Below, piece after piece: positions 36,956-45,565 of a DNA stretch of 64,000 bases. The position numbers were made by a program, and so were the translations under genes. The DNA is from Thermoanaerobaculia bacterium. Lineage in GTDB: Bacteria; Acidobacteriota; Thermoanaerobaculia; Multivoradales; UBA5704. The stretch covers positions 1 through 64,000 of the forward strand of contig JBGAGQ010000030.1 in the NCBI GenBank assembly GCA_044226625.1, read 5' to 3'. The first letter of the stretch is position 1; the number at the start of each line of letters is the position of its first letter. The notes beneath the pieces were generated by a model that had not been told where the DNA came from, made no database searches, and worked only from the letters and a program-made list of their open reading frames with translations.

Positions 36956-38542
36956 TCAAGTCCGCCACTTCCGGCCGTCGCGCTCGATCAAGTCGTTCGC
37001 TTCCTTCGGTCCCCAGGTTCCGGCGTCGTAGTTGGGGAAGCTGCGCGGCGCGAGAGCCCCCCACACGTCGAGGATCGGCTGCACCGCCTGCCACCCCGCC
37101 TCGACCATGTCGCTTCGCAGGAAGAGGGTGGAGTCGCCAGTCATCGCGTCGTAGAGCAGCGTCTCGTACCCGGTAGTCGGCCGGGCCCCGAAATAGTCGG
37201 CGTAGTTGAACGCCATCCGCACCGTGCCGAGCTTGAGCGAAGGACCGGGCACTTTCCCCTCGAAGCGGAGGGAGATCCCCTCGTCCGGTTGGATGTGGAG
37301 AACGAGCAGGTTCGGATTGAGCTTTTCGACCGGGGTTTCTCGGAACAGGATGAACGGAGCGCGTTTGAATTGGATCGCCACCTCGGTCACCCGCTTGGGC
37401 AGGCGCTTGCCGGTGCGCAGGTAAAACGGTACGTCGGCGAAGCGCCAGTTGTCCAGGGTGAGCTTCATCGCGACGAAGGTCTCGGTGTTCGAGGCCGGCG
37501 ACACCTTCGCCTCCGCGCGATAGGCCGGAACCTTCTCGCCCGCCATGAGCCCTTCGCGATACTGACCGCGCACGGCGTCGGAGAGGACGGACTCGGGCGT
37601 GAGCGGATGGATCGCGTGCAGCACCTTGACCCGCTCGTCGCGCACGGCGTTGCCGGAGAACGAGATCGGCGGCTCCATCGCGATCAGGGCGAGGATCTGG
37701 AACATGTGGTTCGCCACCATGTCGCGCAGCGCCCCGGCCTCCTCGTAATAGCTGCCGCGCGCCTCGACGCCCACGCTCTCGGCCACCGTGATCTGGACGT
37801 GGTCGATGTAGCGGCGGTTCCAGATCGGCTCGAAGATCCCGTTGGCGAAACGAAACGCCATGATGTTCTGGACCGTTTCCTTGCCCAGATAGTGATCGAT
37901 CCGGTAGACCTGATCCTCGCGCACCTGCTCGCCCACCATCTTGTTGAGCGCGCGGGCCGACTCGACGTCGCGGCCGAACGGCTTCTCGACCACCAAGCGG
38001 CGCCACGGCCCCTCGGCTTCCTTGAGCAGGCCGGCGGCGCCGAGATTGCTCACCACGTCGTCGAAGAAGCTGGGCGGAATCGCGAGATAGAACAGGTAGT
38101 CGCCGCGGTTGCCGTGCTCGGCGTCTACCTGGATAAGGCGCTCACCGAGCCGCGTGTACAGGTCCGGATCGGTGAAGTCGCCGGCGACGTAATGGAGTCT
38201 TTCGAACAGCCAGTCGGCGGTCTCCGCCTCGATCGGCCCGGTCGCGAACTCGCCGAGATCGGTGCGCAGACGATCGCGGAACGCCTCGTCCGACAGCGGA
38301 TCGCGGCCGATCCCCACGACCGCGAATTCCGGCGCGAGCAGCTTGCTGCTCGCGAGGTTGTAGAGCGCCGGGATCAGCTTGCGTTTCGTCAGATCGCCGA
38401 GCGCGCCGAAGATCACCATGCAGCACGGCGAGGCGACCGCTTCCTCCGGCGATTCGAGCAGGCCTTCCTTCTCTTTCTCGTCGGCCGCCGGCGCCTTGCT
38501 CGCCGAGCGGGTGGGAGCCGAGGCGGCGATCTTCTTGCTCAT
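36956..38542 (-). CDS. zwf: Glucose-6-phosphate 1-dehydrogenase
   Basis: [42 protein letters not shown]. Confidence 0.97.
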   Translation of the reverse strand: MSKKIAASAPTRSASKAPAADEKEKEGLLESPEEAVASPCCMVIFGALGDLTKRKLIPALYNLASSKLLAPEFAVVGIGRDPLSDEAFRDRLRTDLGEFATGPIEAETADWLFERLHYVAGDFTDPDLYTRLGERLIQVDAEHGNRGDYLFYLAIPPSFFDDVVSNLGAAGLLKEAEGPWRRLVVEKPFGRDVESARALNKMVGEQVREDQVYRIDHYLGKETVQNIMAFRFANGIFEPIWNRRYIDHVQITVAESVGVEARGSYYEEAGALRDMVANHMFQILALIAMEPPISFSGNAVRDERVKVLHAIHPLTPESVLSDAVRGQYREGLMAGEKVPAYRAEAKVSPASNTETFVAMKLTLDNWRFADVPFYLRTGKRLPKRVTEVAIQFKRAPFILFRETPVEKLNPNLLVLHIQPDEGISLRFEGKVPGPSLKLGTVRMAFNYADYFGARPTTGYETLLYDAMTGDSTLFLRSDMVEAGWQAVQPILDVWGALAPRSFPNYDAGTWGPKEANDLIERDGRKWRT

Positions 38543-38552
38543 CGCGCGCTCC

Positions 38553-39551
38553 TCACCCTTCGGCCGGCCGAGGCGTGGCCGGTTTTTCCACGTGTCCGCC
38601 GAACTTCTTGCGCATCGCGGAGAGCACCTTTTCGGCGAAGGTGTGATCCTGCCGGGAGCGGAAACGCGCGTAGAGCGCGGCCGAGAGCACGTCGGCGGGG
38701 ACGGCCTGCTCGATCGCCGTCGCGACCGTCCAGCGCCCTTCTCCCGAGTCCTCGACGGTGCCCGCGTATTCGGAAAGCTCGGGGCTTTCGGCGAACGCGA
38801 TCGCCGACAGGTCGAGAAGCCACGAGGTGACGACGCTGCCGCGGCGCCAAACCTCGGCGATGTCGGCGAGATCGAACTCGTAGCGCTGGTCGGCGGGAAC
38901 CCGTTCGAGCGCGGCGCTCTTCAAGATGTCGAACCCTTCGGCATAGGCCTGCATCAGCCCATACTCGATTCCGTTGTGGATCATCTTGACGAAGTGCCCC
39001 GCTCCTGCGCCGCCGCAGTAGAGATACCCCTCTTCCGCGGTGCTCGTCCGTCCCTCGCGCCCCATCGAGGGTGCGATCTCGCCCCGTCCCGGTGCCAGCG
39101 TTCGGAAGATCGACTCCAACCGTTCGTAGGAGGCCCGGTCGCCGCCGATCATCAGGCAGTAGCCGCGCTCCAGGCCCCAGACGCCGCCGCTCGTGCCGGC
39201 ATCGAGGTAACGGACCCCCCGGGCCTCGAGCGCACGAGAACGTCGCACGTCGTCCTTGAAAAACGAGTTGCCCCCGTCGATCACCACGTCGCCTTCGGCG
39301 AGCTTGGCGCCGAGCGCCTCCACCATCTTTTCGGTCGGTCCACCCGCCGGTACCATCAACCAAACCGCGCGCGGCCCTTCGAGACGGGCGACCAGCTCGT
39401 CGAGCGAGGCGGAGCCGATGGCCCCTTCCTCCACCAGGCCTGCGACCGCGTCGGGATTGAGGTCGTACACCACCACCGAATGCCCGCCACGCAGGAGGCG
39501 GCGAGTCATGTTGGCTCCCATGCGCCCCAAGCCGATCATGCCGATCTGCAT
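38553..39551 (-). CDS. gnd: 6-phosphogluconate dehydrogenase, decarboxylating (short form)
   Basis: [46 protein letters not shown]. Confidence 0.96.
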   Translation of the reverse strand: MQIGMIGLGRMGANMTRRLLRGGHSVVVYDLNPDAVAGLVEEGAIGSASLDELVARLEGPRAVWLMVPAGGPTEKMVEALGAKLAEGDVVIDGGNSFFKDDVRRSRALEARGVRYLDAGTSGGVWGLERGYCLMIGGDRASYERLESIFRTLAPGRGEIAPSMGREGRTSTAEEGYLYCGGAGAGHFVKMIHNGIEYGLMQAYAEGFDILKSAALERVPADQRYEFDLADIAEVWRRGSVVTSWLLDLSAIAFAESPELSEYAGTVEDSGEGRWTVATAIEQAVPADVLSAALYARFRSRQDHTFAEKVLSAMRKKFGGHVEKPATPRPAEG

Positions 39552-39703
39552 CGTTCTCCTCCTTGCATCGCGCCACGTCTCGACGAGGTGACGATTTCGG
39601 CATCATAACTCGGCGGCTCGGGGTGCCTCCGGGGCCGTCATGTTATGTTCGCGCCCGGACCGACTCCGCTCGCGAGAACCCTCCCAGACCGCCGGAGCCC
39701 CAG

Positions 39704-41377
39704 ATGGCCGAGCCCGCCCCCCTCCTCGCCACCACGCGACCCGAGCACATCTTCCCCAAGCTCACGCCCGAGCAGATCGAGCGCGTCGCGCCCCACGGTA
39801 AAGAGCGCGCGGGAGCGCGCGGCGACCTCCTGTTCGAGGCCGGCGATCATCTGGTGCCGTTCTTCGTCGTCACCGCGGGTACGGTCGAGATCGTCCGCCC
39901 TTTCGACGGCGAGGAGACCCTCGTCGTGGTCCACGAGCCCGGCGAGTTCACCGGCGAGGTGAACATGCTCTCCGGCCGCCCGTCGCTCGTCCGCGCGCGG
40001 TTCGGCGACCCGGGCAAGGCGATCGAGATCGAGCACGAAGCGCTGCTCTCCCTGGTCCAAAACGACTCGGAGCTCGGCGAGATCTTCCTCCGCGCCTTCA
40101 TCCTGCGACGCGTCGAGCTGCTCGCCCAGGGGCTCGGCGACGTCGTGCTGATTGGCTCCGTTCACTGCTCGGGCACGCTGAGGATTCAGGAGTTCCTCAC
40201 CCGCAACGGGCATCCCTATGCCTTCATCGATCTCGATCGGGAAGACGACGTCCAAGACCTGCTCGATCGTTTCCACGTCGCGTTCTCCGACATCCCGGTG
40301 CTGATCTGCCGCGGTCAGACCGTGCTGCGAAACCCGACCAACGAGCGGATCGCCGAGTGCCTGGGGTTCAACGACTCGATCGATCCCGCCAAGGTCAACG
40401 ACCTCCTCGTCGTGGGCGCCGGACCGGCCGGCCTCGCGGCCGCCGTTTACGGAGCGTCGGAGGGGCTCGACGTGTTGGTGCTCGAATCGAACGCGCCGGG
40501 CGGGCAGGCGGGCTCCTCCTCGAAGATCGAGAACTACCTCGGGTTTCCTACCGGAATCTCGGGCCAGGAGCTCGCGGGGCGCGCTTATACCCAGGCGCAA
40601 AAGTTCGGCGCCCAGCTGATGATCGCGGCCAACGCGCAGAGCCTCTCGTGCGACCGGAAGCCTTATGCGGTCGGGCTCGCCGACGGCACGCGCCTGCTCG
40701 CGCGCTCGGTCATCATCGCCTCGGGCGCGGAGTATCGACGTCCGGAAATTCCGGACCTCGCGCGCTTCGAAGGTTCGGGGATCTATTACGGAGCGACCTT
40801 TCTCGAGGCGCAGCTATGCGGCGACGACGACGATGTGATCGTCGTCGGAGGGGGTAACTCCGCCGGCCAGGCCGCCGTATTCCTCGCCCAAACGGCGCGC
40901 AAGGTCCACATGATCATTCGCTCGGAGGGCCTGGCCGAAACCATGTCGCGCTACCTGATCCGCCGGATCGAAGACAGCCCGAAGATCGAGCTGCGCGTCC
41001 ACACGGAGATCGTGGGCCTTGAAGGCGATCAGCGGCTCGAACGGGTTCGGATCGAGAACCGCGAGTTGGGCAAGGCTGAAACCTTGCCGGTCGGTCACGT
41101 CTTCCTGATGACCGGCGCCCTCCCCAACACCGGCTGGCTCGACGGCTGCGTCCTGCGCGACGCCAAGGGCTTCATCAAGACGGGCTCGACCCTTTCCGAC
41201 GGCGAGCTGCGCGAAGCCCGTTGGCCGCTGCGCAGGCGCCCGCATTTGCTGGAGACGAGCCTTCCCGGCGTCTTCGCGGTGGGCGACGTCCGCTCGGGCA
41301 GCATCAAACGCGTCGCCTCCGCGGTCGGCGAAGGCTCGATCGCGGTCTCTTTCGTCCACCAGGTTCTGAACGAGTAG
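39704..41377 (+). CDS. cNMP-binding domain fused to a thioredoxin-reductase-like FAD oxidoreductase
   Basis: N-terminal cNMP fold (FFVV..G.VEI, GEFTGE); GAGPAG, SSKIENYLGFP, GGGNSAGQAA, GDVRSGSIKRVASAVGEG. Confidence 0.9.
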   Translation: MAEPAPLLATTRPEHIFPKLTPEQIERVAPHGKERAGARGDLLFEAGDHLVPFFVVTAGTVEIVRPFDGEETLVVVHEPGEFTGEVNMLSGRPSLVRARFGDPGKAIEIEHEALLSLVQNDSELGEIFLRAFILRRVELLAQGLGDVVLIGSVHCSGTLRIQEFLTRNGHPYAFIDLDREDDVQDLLDRFHVAFSDIPVLICRGQTVLRNPTNERIAECLGFNDSIDPAKVNDLLVVGAGPAGLAAAVYGASEGLDVLVLESNAPGGQAGSSSKIENYLGFPTGISGQELAGRAYTQAQKFGAQLMIAANAQSLSCDRKPYAVGLADGTRLLARSVIIASGAEYRRPEIPDLARFEGSGIYYGATFLEAQLCGDDDDVIVVGGGNSAGQAAVFLAQTARKVHMIIRSEGLAETMSRYLIRRIEDSPKIELRVHTEIVGLEGDQRLERVRIENRELGKAETLPVGHVFLMTGALPNTGWLDGCVLRDAKGFIKTGSTLSDGELREARWPLRRRPHLLETSLPGVFAVGDVRSGSIKRVASAVGEGSIAVSFVHQVLNE

Positions 41378-41401
41378 GTCCTGAACGAATAGGAGCGGAT
41401 C

Positions 41402-41677
41402 ATGCCCGCCACCTCGTGCTCCCACGTGGAGGCCATCGACCCTGAACACGTCCGCCACCCGAAAGCCCGGGAGTGCGCCGAATGCGTGAAGATCGGCGAC
41501 CGGTGGGTCCACCTGCGAACCTGCCAGACCTGCGGGATCACGCTCTGCTGCGACAGCTCGCCGAACCGGCACGCGAGCCATCACGCCCGTGCGACCGGTC
41601 ATCCGGTGATCGCCTCGGCGGAACGCGGCGAACGATGGCTCTACTGTTATCTGGACGACGCCTACGTCGAATATTGA
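41402..41677 (+). CDS. UBP-type zinc-finger protein
   Basis: CSH...CAEC...WVHLRTCQTCG...CCDSSPNRHASHH...HPV. Confidence 0.9.
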   Translation: MPATSCSHVEAIDPEHVRHPKARECAECVKIGDRWVHLRTCQTCGITLCCDSSPNRHASHHARATGHPVIASAERGERWLYCYLDDAYVEY

Positions 41678-41690
41678 TCGCAGGCCCTAG

Positions 41691-41821
41691 CTAGCGGGCC
41701 GCTGAAAAACTCCTTCGTCGCAGGACTGCGGGCTTCCCTCGTAACTCGCTTCGCTCGGACAGACTCGGGTTCGCCCTCGGAAACTCTGCGACGTGAGCGG
41801 GGTTTTTCAGCAGCCCGCTAG
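41691..41821. mobile_element. MITE-like element with CTAG ends
   Basis: CTAGCGGGCCGCTGAAAAACTCC / GGGGTTTTTCAGCAGCCCGCTAG (two mismatches), internal hairpin, non-coding. Confidence 0.7.
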
Positions 41822-42945
41822 GCTCGCTCGATCAACAGCAAGGTCACGTCGTCGCCGAGCGGCCGGCGGCCGGCGAACTCCTTGACCGCGGTAAGCAGCC
41901 GGAGGAGCGCCTCGGCGAGATCGACGTCGCGGGTCTGCTCGAACACCTCCGCGAGCCGCTCGCGGCCGAGCTCCTCGTCCGCCTCGTTTCGCGCCTCGAA
42001 CGCCCCGTCTGTATAGGCGAACAGGCGGTCGCCCGCCTCGAGCCGGATCTCGGCGATCTCGGGCGGCTTCGCACGGAACGGCGAGCAGACCAGACTCCCG
42101 GTGGGCTCGAGCGTGACCAGGCCCGAGCGGCCGAGCACCAGCGGCGGAGGGTGGGCGGCGTTGAAATAGCGCAGGCGCCCGTCCTCGCCGAGCTGGCCAT
42201 AGACGAGCGTTGCGAACTTCCGGCCGTCGAAGAAATCGACCCCGTCGTAGAGCCAGCGGACGACCCGCTCCGGATCGGTCGAGCGCCGCCGCGCGGCATC
42301 CAGCGTCGAGCGGAGCATTCCCGCGTACATCGCCGCCGATACCCCGTGACCGACGACGTCGGAAATCGCGAAGTCGACTCGGTCCTCGCCCCAGGTCTGG
42401 GCATGGAAATGATCGCCGCCGAGCGCGTCGCAACTCTCGAGGAGCCCCGCGACCTTCCACCCCGCGTGCGCCACCGGATCGCGCGGCAGCAAGCTCAGCT
42501 GGAATCTCTTGGCGCGCTCGAAATCTTCGTCCAGCCGGCGCGCGTAACTCTCCTTCGCCTCGCGCTCGGCCTGGAGACGCAGGCAGCGCTCCACCAAGGC
42601 GAGCAGCACCCGCCGATCGAAAGGTTTCCAGAGGAAGTAGTAGGCGTCCTCGACCAGCGACCGATAGAGCTTCTCGTCGGCGTGCGAGACCGAGCCGGTG
42701 ATCAGGATCACCTCGGTATGCGGGTTTTCCGCGCGCAGAGCCCGGCAAAGCGTGTAGCCGTCGTCCTCCGCCTCGCCGAGGTGGACGTCGACGAGGGCGA
42801 GGTCGAACCGCTCGGCGCGCGCCGCGGCGAGCCCTTCCGCGGCGCTCGCCGCGGTCACCACCTTGTGCCCCTTGAGCAGCCGGGAGATGACGCGCCGAAT
42901 CGCCGGATCGTCGTCGACGACCAGGATCTTCCGGTCAGGAGACAT
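41818..42945 (-). CDS. Response regulator fused to a SpoIIE/PP2C phosphatase
   Basis: ILVVDDD, LALVDVHL; LGGDHF, ISDVVGHGVSAA, FATL, YTDG, DDVT. Confidence 0.92.
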   Translation of the reverse strand: MSPDRKILVVDDDPAIRRVISRLLKGHKVVTAASAAEGLAAARAERFDLALVDVHLGEAEDDGYTLCRALRAENPHTEVILITGSVSHADEKLYRSLVEDAYYFLWKPFDRRVLLALVERCLRLQAEREAKESYARRLDEDFERAKRFQLSLLPRDPVAHAGWKVAGLLESCDALGGDHFHAQTWGEDRVDFAISDVVGHGVSAAMYAGMLRSTLDAARRRSTDPERVVRWLYDGVDFFDGRKFATLVYGQLGEDGRLRYFNAAHPPPLVLGRSGLVTLEPTGSLVCSPFRAKPPEIAEIRLEAGDRLFAYTDGAFEARNEADEELGRERLAEVFEQTRDVDLAEALLRLLTAVKEFAGRRPLGDDVTLLLIERA

Positions 42946-44758
42946 TCGGGATCTCCAGCCGGCCCGAACCCATTTCGAGCCCGGCCCCCGGCGGCGCGGT
43001 GTCGGACGGATTACCCTCCGCCGAGAGCCCCCCTTCCGCCCGCGGGCTCTCGGGCGGCGCCCCGCCTTCCGGCGGATTGAACAGCTTCATCTCGATCGTG
43101 ACGGTCGTGCCGTGGCCCGCCTCGCTTTCGATCTCGAAGCCCCCGCAGTTCTGCCAGGTGAGCGACCGGCAGAGCGCGAGGCCGAGGCCGTGTCCTCCCT
43201 GCTTGGTCGAGAAGAACGGCTCGAGCACCTTGTCGCGGAGGTGACGCGGAATTCCCGGGCCGTCGTCGATGACGCGCAGGAATCCGAGCCCGGTGGTCGT
43301 CCGTCCGGTCTGGACCTCGATCCGTTGACCGGAGGTGCGTATCGCCTCGAGCGAATTGGTCACCAGGTTGAGCAGTACGTGTTCCAGGTCCTGGCGTGAG
43401 AAGAGCACCACCGGCATCTCCGGATCGAGCGCGAGCGAGAGGTCGACTCCCGACCGCGCCGCGGCGGCCTCGAAGTAGGTAACGGTTTCGCGCACCGACC
43501 GGTTCAGGTCGACCGGGCCTTCGCCGAGCCTCCCAGTGCTTCCTGCGCGCAACATGTTGGCGAAGATCCGCTTGCAGAACTGCGCCCGGTCGACGATCAC
43601 GGAGAGGTCTTCCTCCGCCTCCTCGGCGACCAGCTCGCCGTTCTTCAAATCGTCTTGCATCTGCTGGGCGAGCGGCAGGATCGCGCCGACGGCGTTGTTC
43701 ACGTCGTGGGCGACCACCCGAGCGAGGGTCACCAGGTTCGCCTTGACCTCCGCCTGCGCCGCCTGGTTCTCGAGCGTCTGGTTCCATTGCGCGTTGCGGA
43801 TCGCGACCTCGGCCACCGGCAAGAACCGCTCCACCACTTCGGCGTCCCAGCCGTCGAAGGCGCGGCGCTTGATGGCCGCCACCTTGAGCACCCCGAGGAA
43901 GCGCCCGTCGAAAAAGAGCGGCGCCACGAGCAGGCTGCGGATCGCCGGGATGCCCGGCGCCGGGCCGTCGTCGAAAAGTCGGCGCACGGCGTCGTCGGAG
44001 GTGGAGCCGTCCGAGCCCGGGCTCGAGTCCTTCGAGTCGTTGGAAAAGTGCAGACCGCTCTCGAGAACCTCGATCAGCTCGGGCGAAACCGGGATCTCGC
44101 GCCCGACCGCCGCGCTCTTCGCTTTCGTCCAGACGATCTTCTCCGCCTCGATCTTCAAGACGCCGGCCGTCGCATCCCAGGTGAGGAACGCCGAGGAGTG
44201 GTCGTAACCCACGAGCTGTTCGAGGCCGTCGAGGATCTGGTAGGCGAGGTCGCGCGGCGAGAGCTCGGCGACGATCTTTTCTTTGATCCGGTCGAGGATC
44301 TTGTAGAGGCGCTTGCGCTCCCGCCGGGCGAGCTCCTCGGCGAGCAGCCCGGCGAGCCGATCGAGCGTCCGCCGGTCGGCCGGCCCGAACGGCCGCGCCG
44401 GACGGACCGCCCCGAGCAGCCCCACCTGGCGCCCGAAGCGGATCACTCGGGCGAGGATGGTGGATTCCGGGATCTTCGGCTTGCGCCGCGCGAGGAAATC
44501 TCGAGCGAGGACGAGGTCGAACATTCCCGGCGCGCATTCGTGCGACCGCCCCCCGGTGCCGCCGCGCACGATCGGCCGCCAATGATCCTCGTCCACCACG
44601 TCGAGCTCCGGGATCAGCCAGGCGCATTCGGCTTCAAGGCGGATCCTCACCGCGTCGACGAAATGCCCCGACAGCTTGTAGTCCGCGGCGAACCGCCGAA
44701 GATTGCTTTCGAGCGCCACGGAAAACAGCTCGGGCGGAACTCTGGCGAGGTCTATCAT
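42935..44758 (-). CDS. Cytoplasmic GAF-domain histidine kinase
   Basis: GAF (SLLVAPL..GRFLGVL), AHDVNN, NLVTNS, DDGPGI, PFFSTK, GLGL; no TM helix. Confidence 0.88.
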   Translation of the reverse strand: MIDLARVPPELFSVALESNLRRFAADYKLSGHFVDAVRIRLEAECAWLIPELDVVDEDHWRPIVRGGTGGRSHECAPGMFDLVLARDFLARRKPKIPESTILARVIRFGRQVGLLGAVRPARPFGPADRRTLDRLAGLLAEELARRERKRLYKILDRIKEKIVAELSPRDLAYQILDGLEQLVGYDHSSAFLTWDATAGVLKIEAEKIVWTKAKSAAVGREIPVSPELIEVLESGLHFSNDSKDSSPGSDGSTSDDAVRRLFDDGPAPGIPAIRSLLVAPLFFDGRFLGVLKVAAIKRRAFDGWDAEVVERFLPVAEVAIRNAQWNQTLENQAAQAEVKANLVTLARVVAHDVNNAVGAILPLAQQMQDDLKNGELVAEEAEEDLSVIVDRAQFCKRIFANMLRAGSTGRLGEGPVDLNRSVRETVTYFEAAAARSGVDLSLALDPEMPVVLFSRQDLEHVLLNLVTNSLEAIRTSGQRIEVQTGRTTTGLGFLRVIDDGPGIPRHLRDKVLEPFFSTKQGGHGLGLALCRSLTWQNCGGFEIESEAGHGTTVTIEMKLFNPPEGGAPPESPRAEGGLSAEGNPSDTAPPGAGLEMGSGRLEIPNVS

Positions 44759-44840
44759 CGGGTTTCCGACAGCGTTTCGACGAAGGGTACAGGGGCCGGC
44801 GCCCGGAGGCAACGGGCGGCCGAGAAAGGGGGCGGCTCGG

Positions 44841-45053
44841 CTACAGCTCGAACGGCTCGCACCCCTCGAACGTCTTTCGGCGGCGCAACGCCTCCTGAAC
44901 GCCCGGGAGCTGCTGGGTCAGACGATGGAGATCTTCGAGCCAGTTCTCGCCTCGGACCGGACGGTGCTTGCGCAAAGCGATCACGTCCTCGGGCGTCGTC
45001 GGGATGTCGCGCTCAAGGTTCGACAGGAAGTCAGAGCGATCGTTCGAGCTCAT
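44841..45053 (-). CDS. Small hypothetical protein (possible antitoxin or partner)
   Basis: MSSNDRSDF..LERDIPTTPEDVIALR...TFEGCEPFEL; start overlaps the end of the nucleotidyltransferase gene. Confidence 0.6.
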   Translation of the reverse strand: MSSNDRSDFLSNLERDIPTTPEDVIALRKHRPVRGENWLEDLHRLTQQLPGVQEALRRRKTFEGCEPFEL

Positions 45054-45561
45054 CGAAGAGGTCTCCAAGACCCTGACGCTCAAAATACTCACGGATCGTC
45101 GGATGGTCAACGCCGGGAAGTCCCAACAGAAAACGTACGTCGGCGAGGTCTCCCGGGGCGCGGGAAGGATCGTTCCTCGCGGCGGTGGCTTTGAGCGCCG
45201 CGAGATGCTCCGGCTTGGGCACGAGGATCGACCGGCCGCCCGGCCCGAGAAGGAGGCGGCATCCCGCGAAGAGCTTTTCCGCCGTATCTCCCCGGACGTA
45301 GACGAAATCGAGGCGTCCCTTCTCGGGGTCGGGATGCTCGTGGTTCGAGTACCCGCTGCTGCGGAACAGTGTCTCGAACCCTTCGGCCTCGAGAAACGCG
45401 ATCAGCTCGTCCTGGAGGCCGCCGTCGACCACGAAATCGAGGTCGATCGTCGTGCGCGGGTTGCCGTACGCGGCGAGCGCGATCCCTCCGATGACGGCGC
45501 CGCGGCCGGACCCTGCCGCGAGAAAACCCTCGACGAGCTGCAGCCCTCGGGCGAAATCCAC
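45031..45561 (-). CDS. Pol-beta-superfamily nucleotidyltransferase (DUF6036/AbiEii-like)
   Basis: VIGGIALAAYGNPRTTIDLDFVV, LDF, EHLAALKA...DLADV. Confidence 0.8.
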   Translation of the reverse strand: MDFARGLQLVEGFLAAGSGRGAVIGGIALAAYGNPRTTIDLDFVVDGGLQDELIAFLEAEGFETLFRSSGYSNHEHPDPEKGRLDFVYVRGDTAEKLFAGCRLLLGPGGRSILVPKPEHLAALKATAARNDPSRAPGDLADVRFLLGLPGVDHPTIREYFERQGLGDLFDELERSL

Positions 45562-45565
45562 GAAC

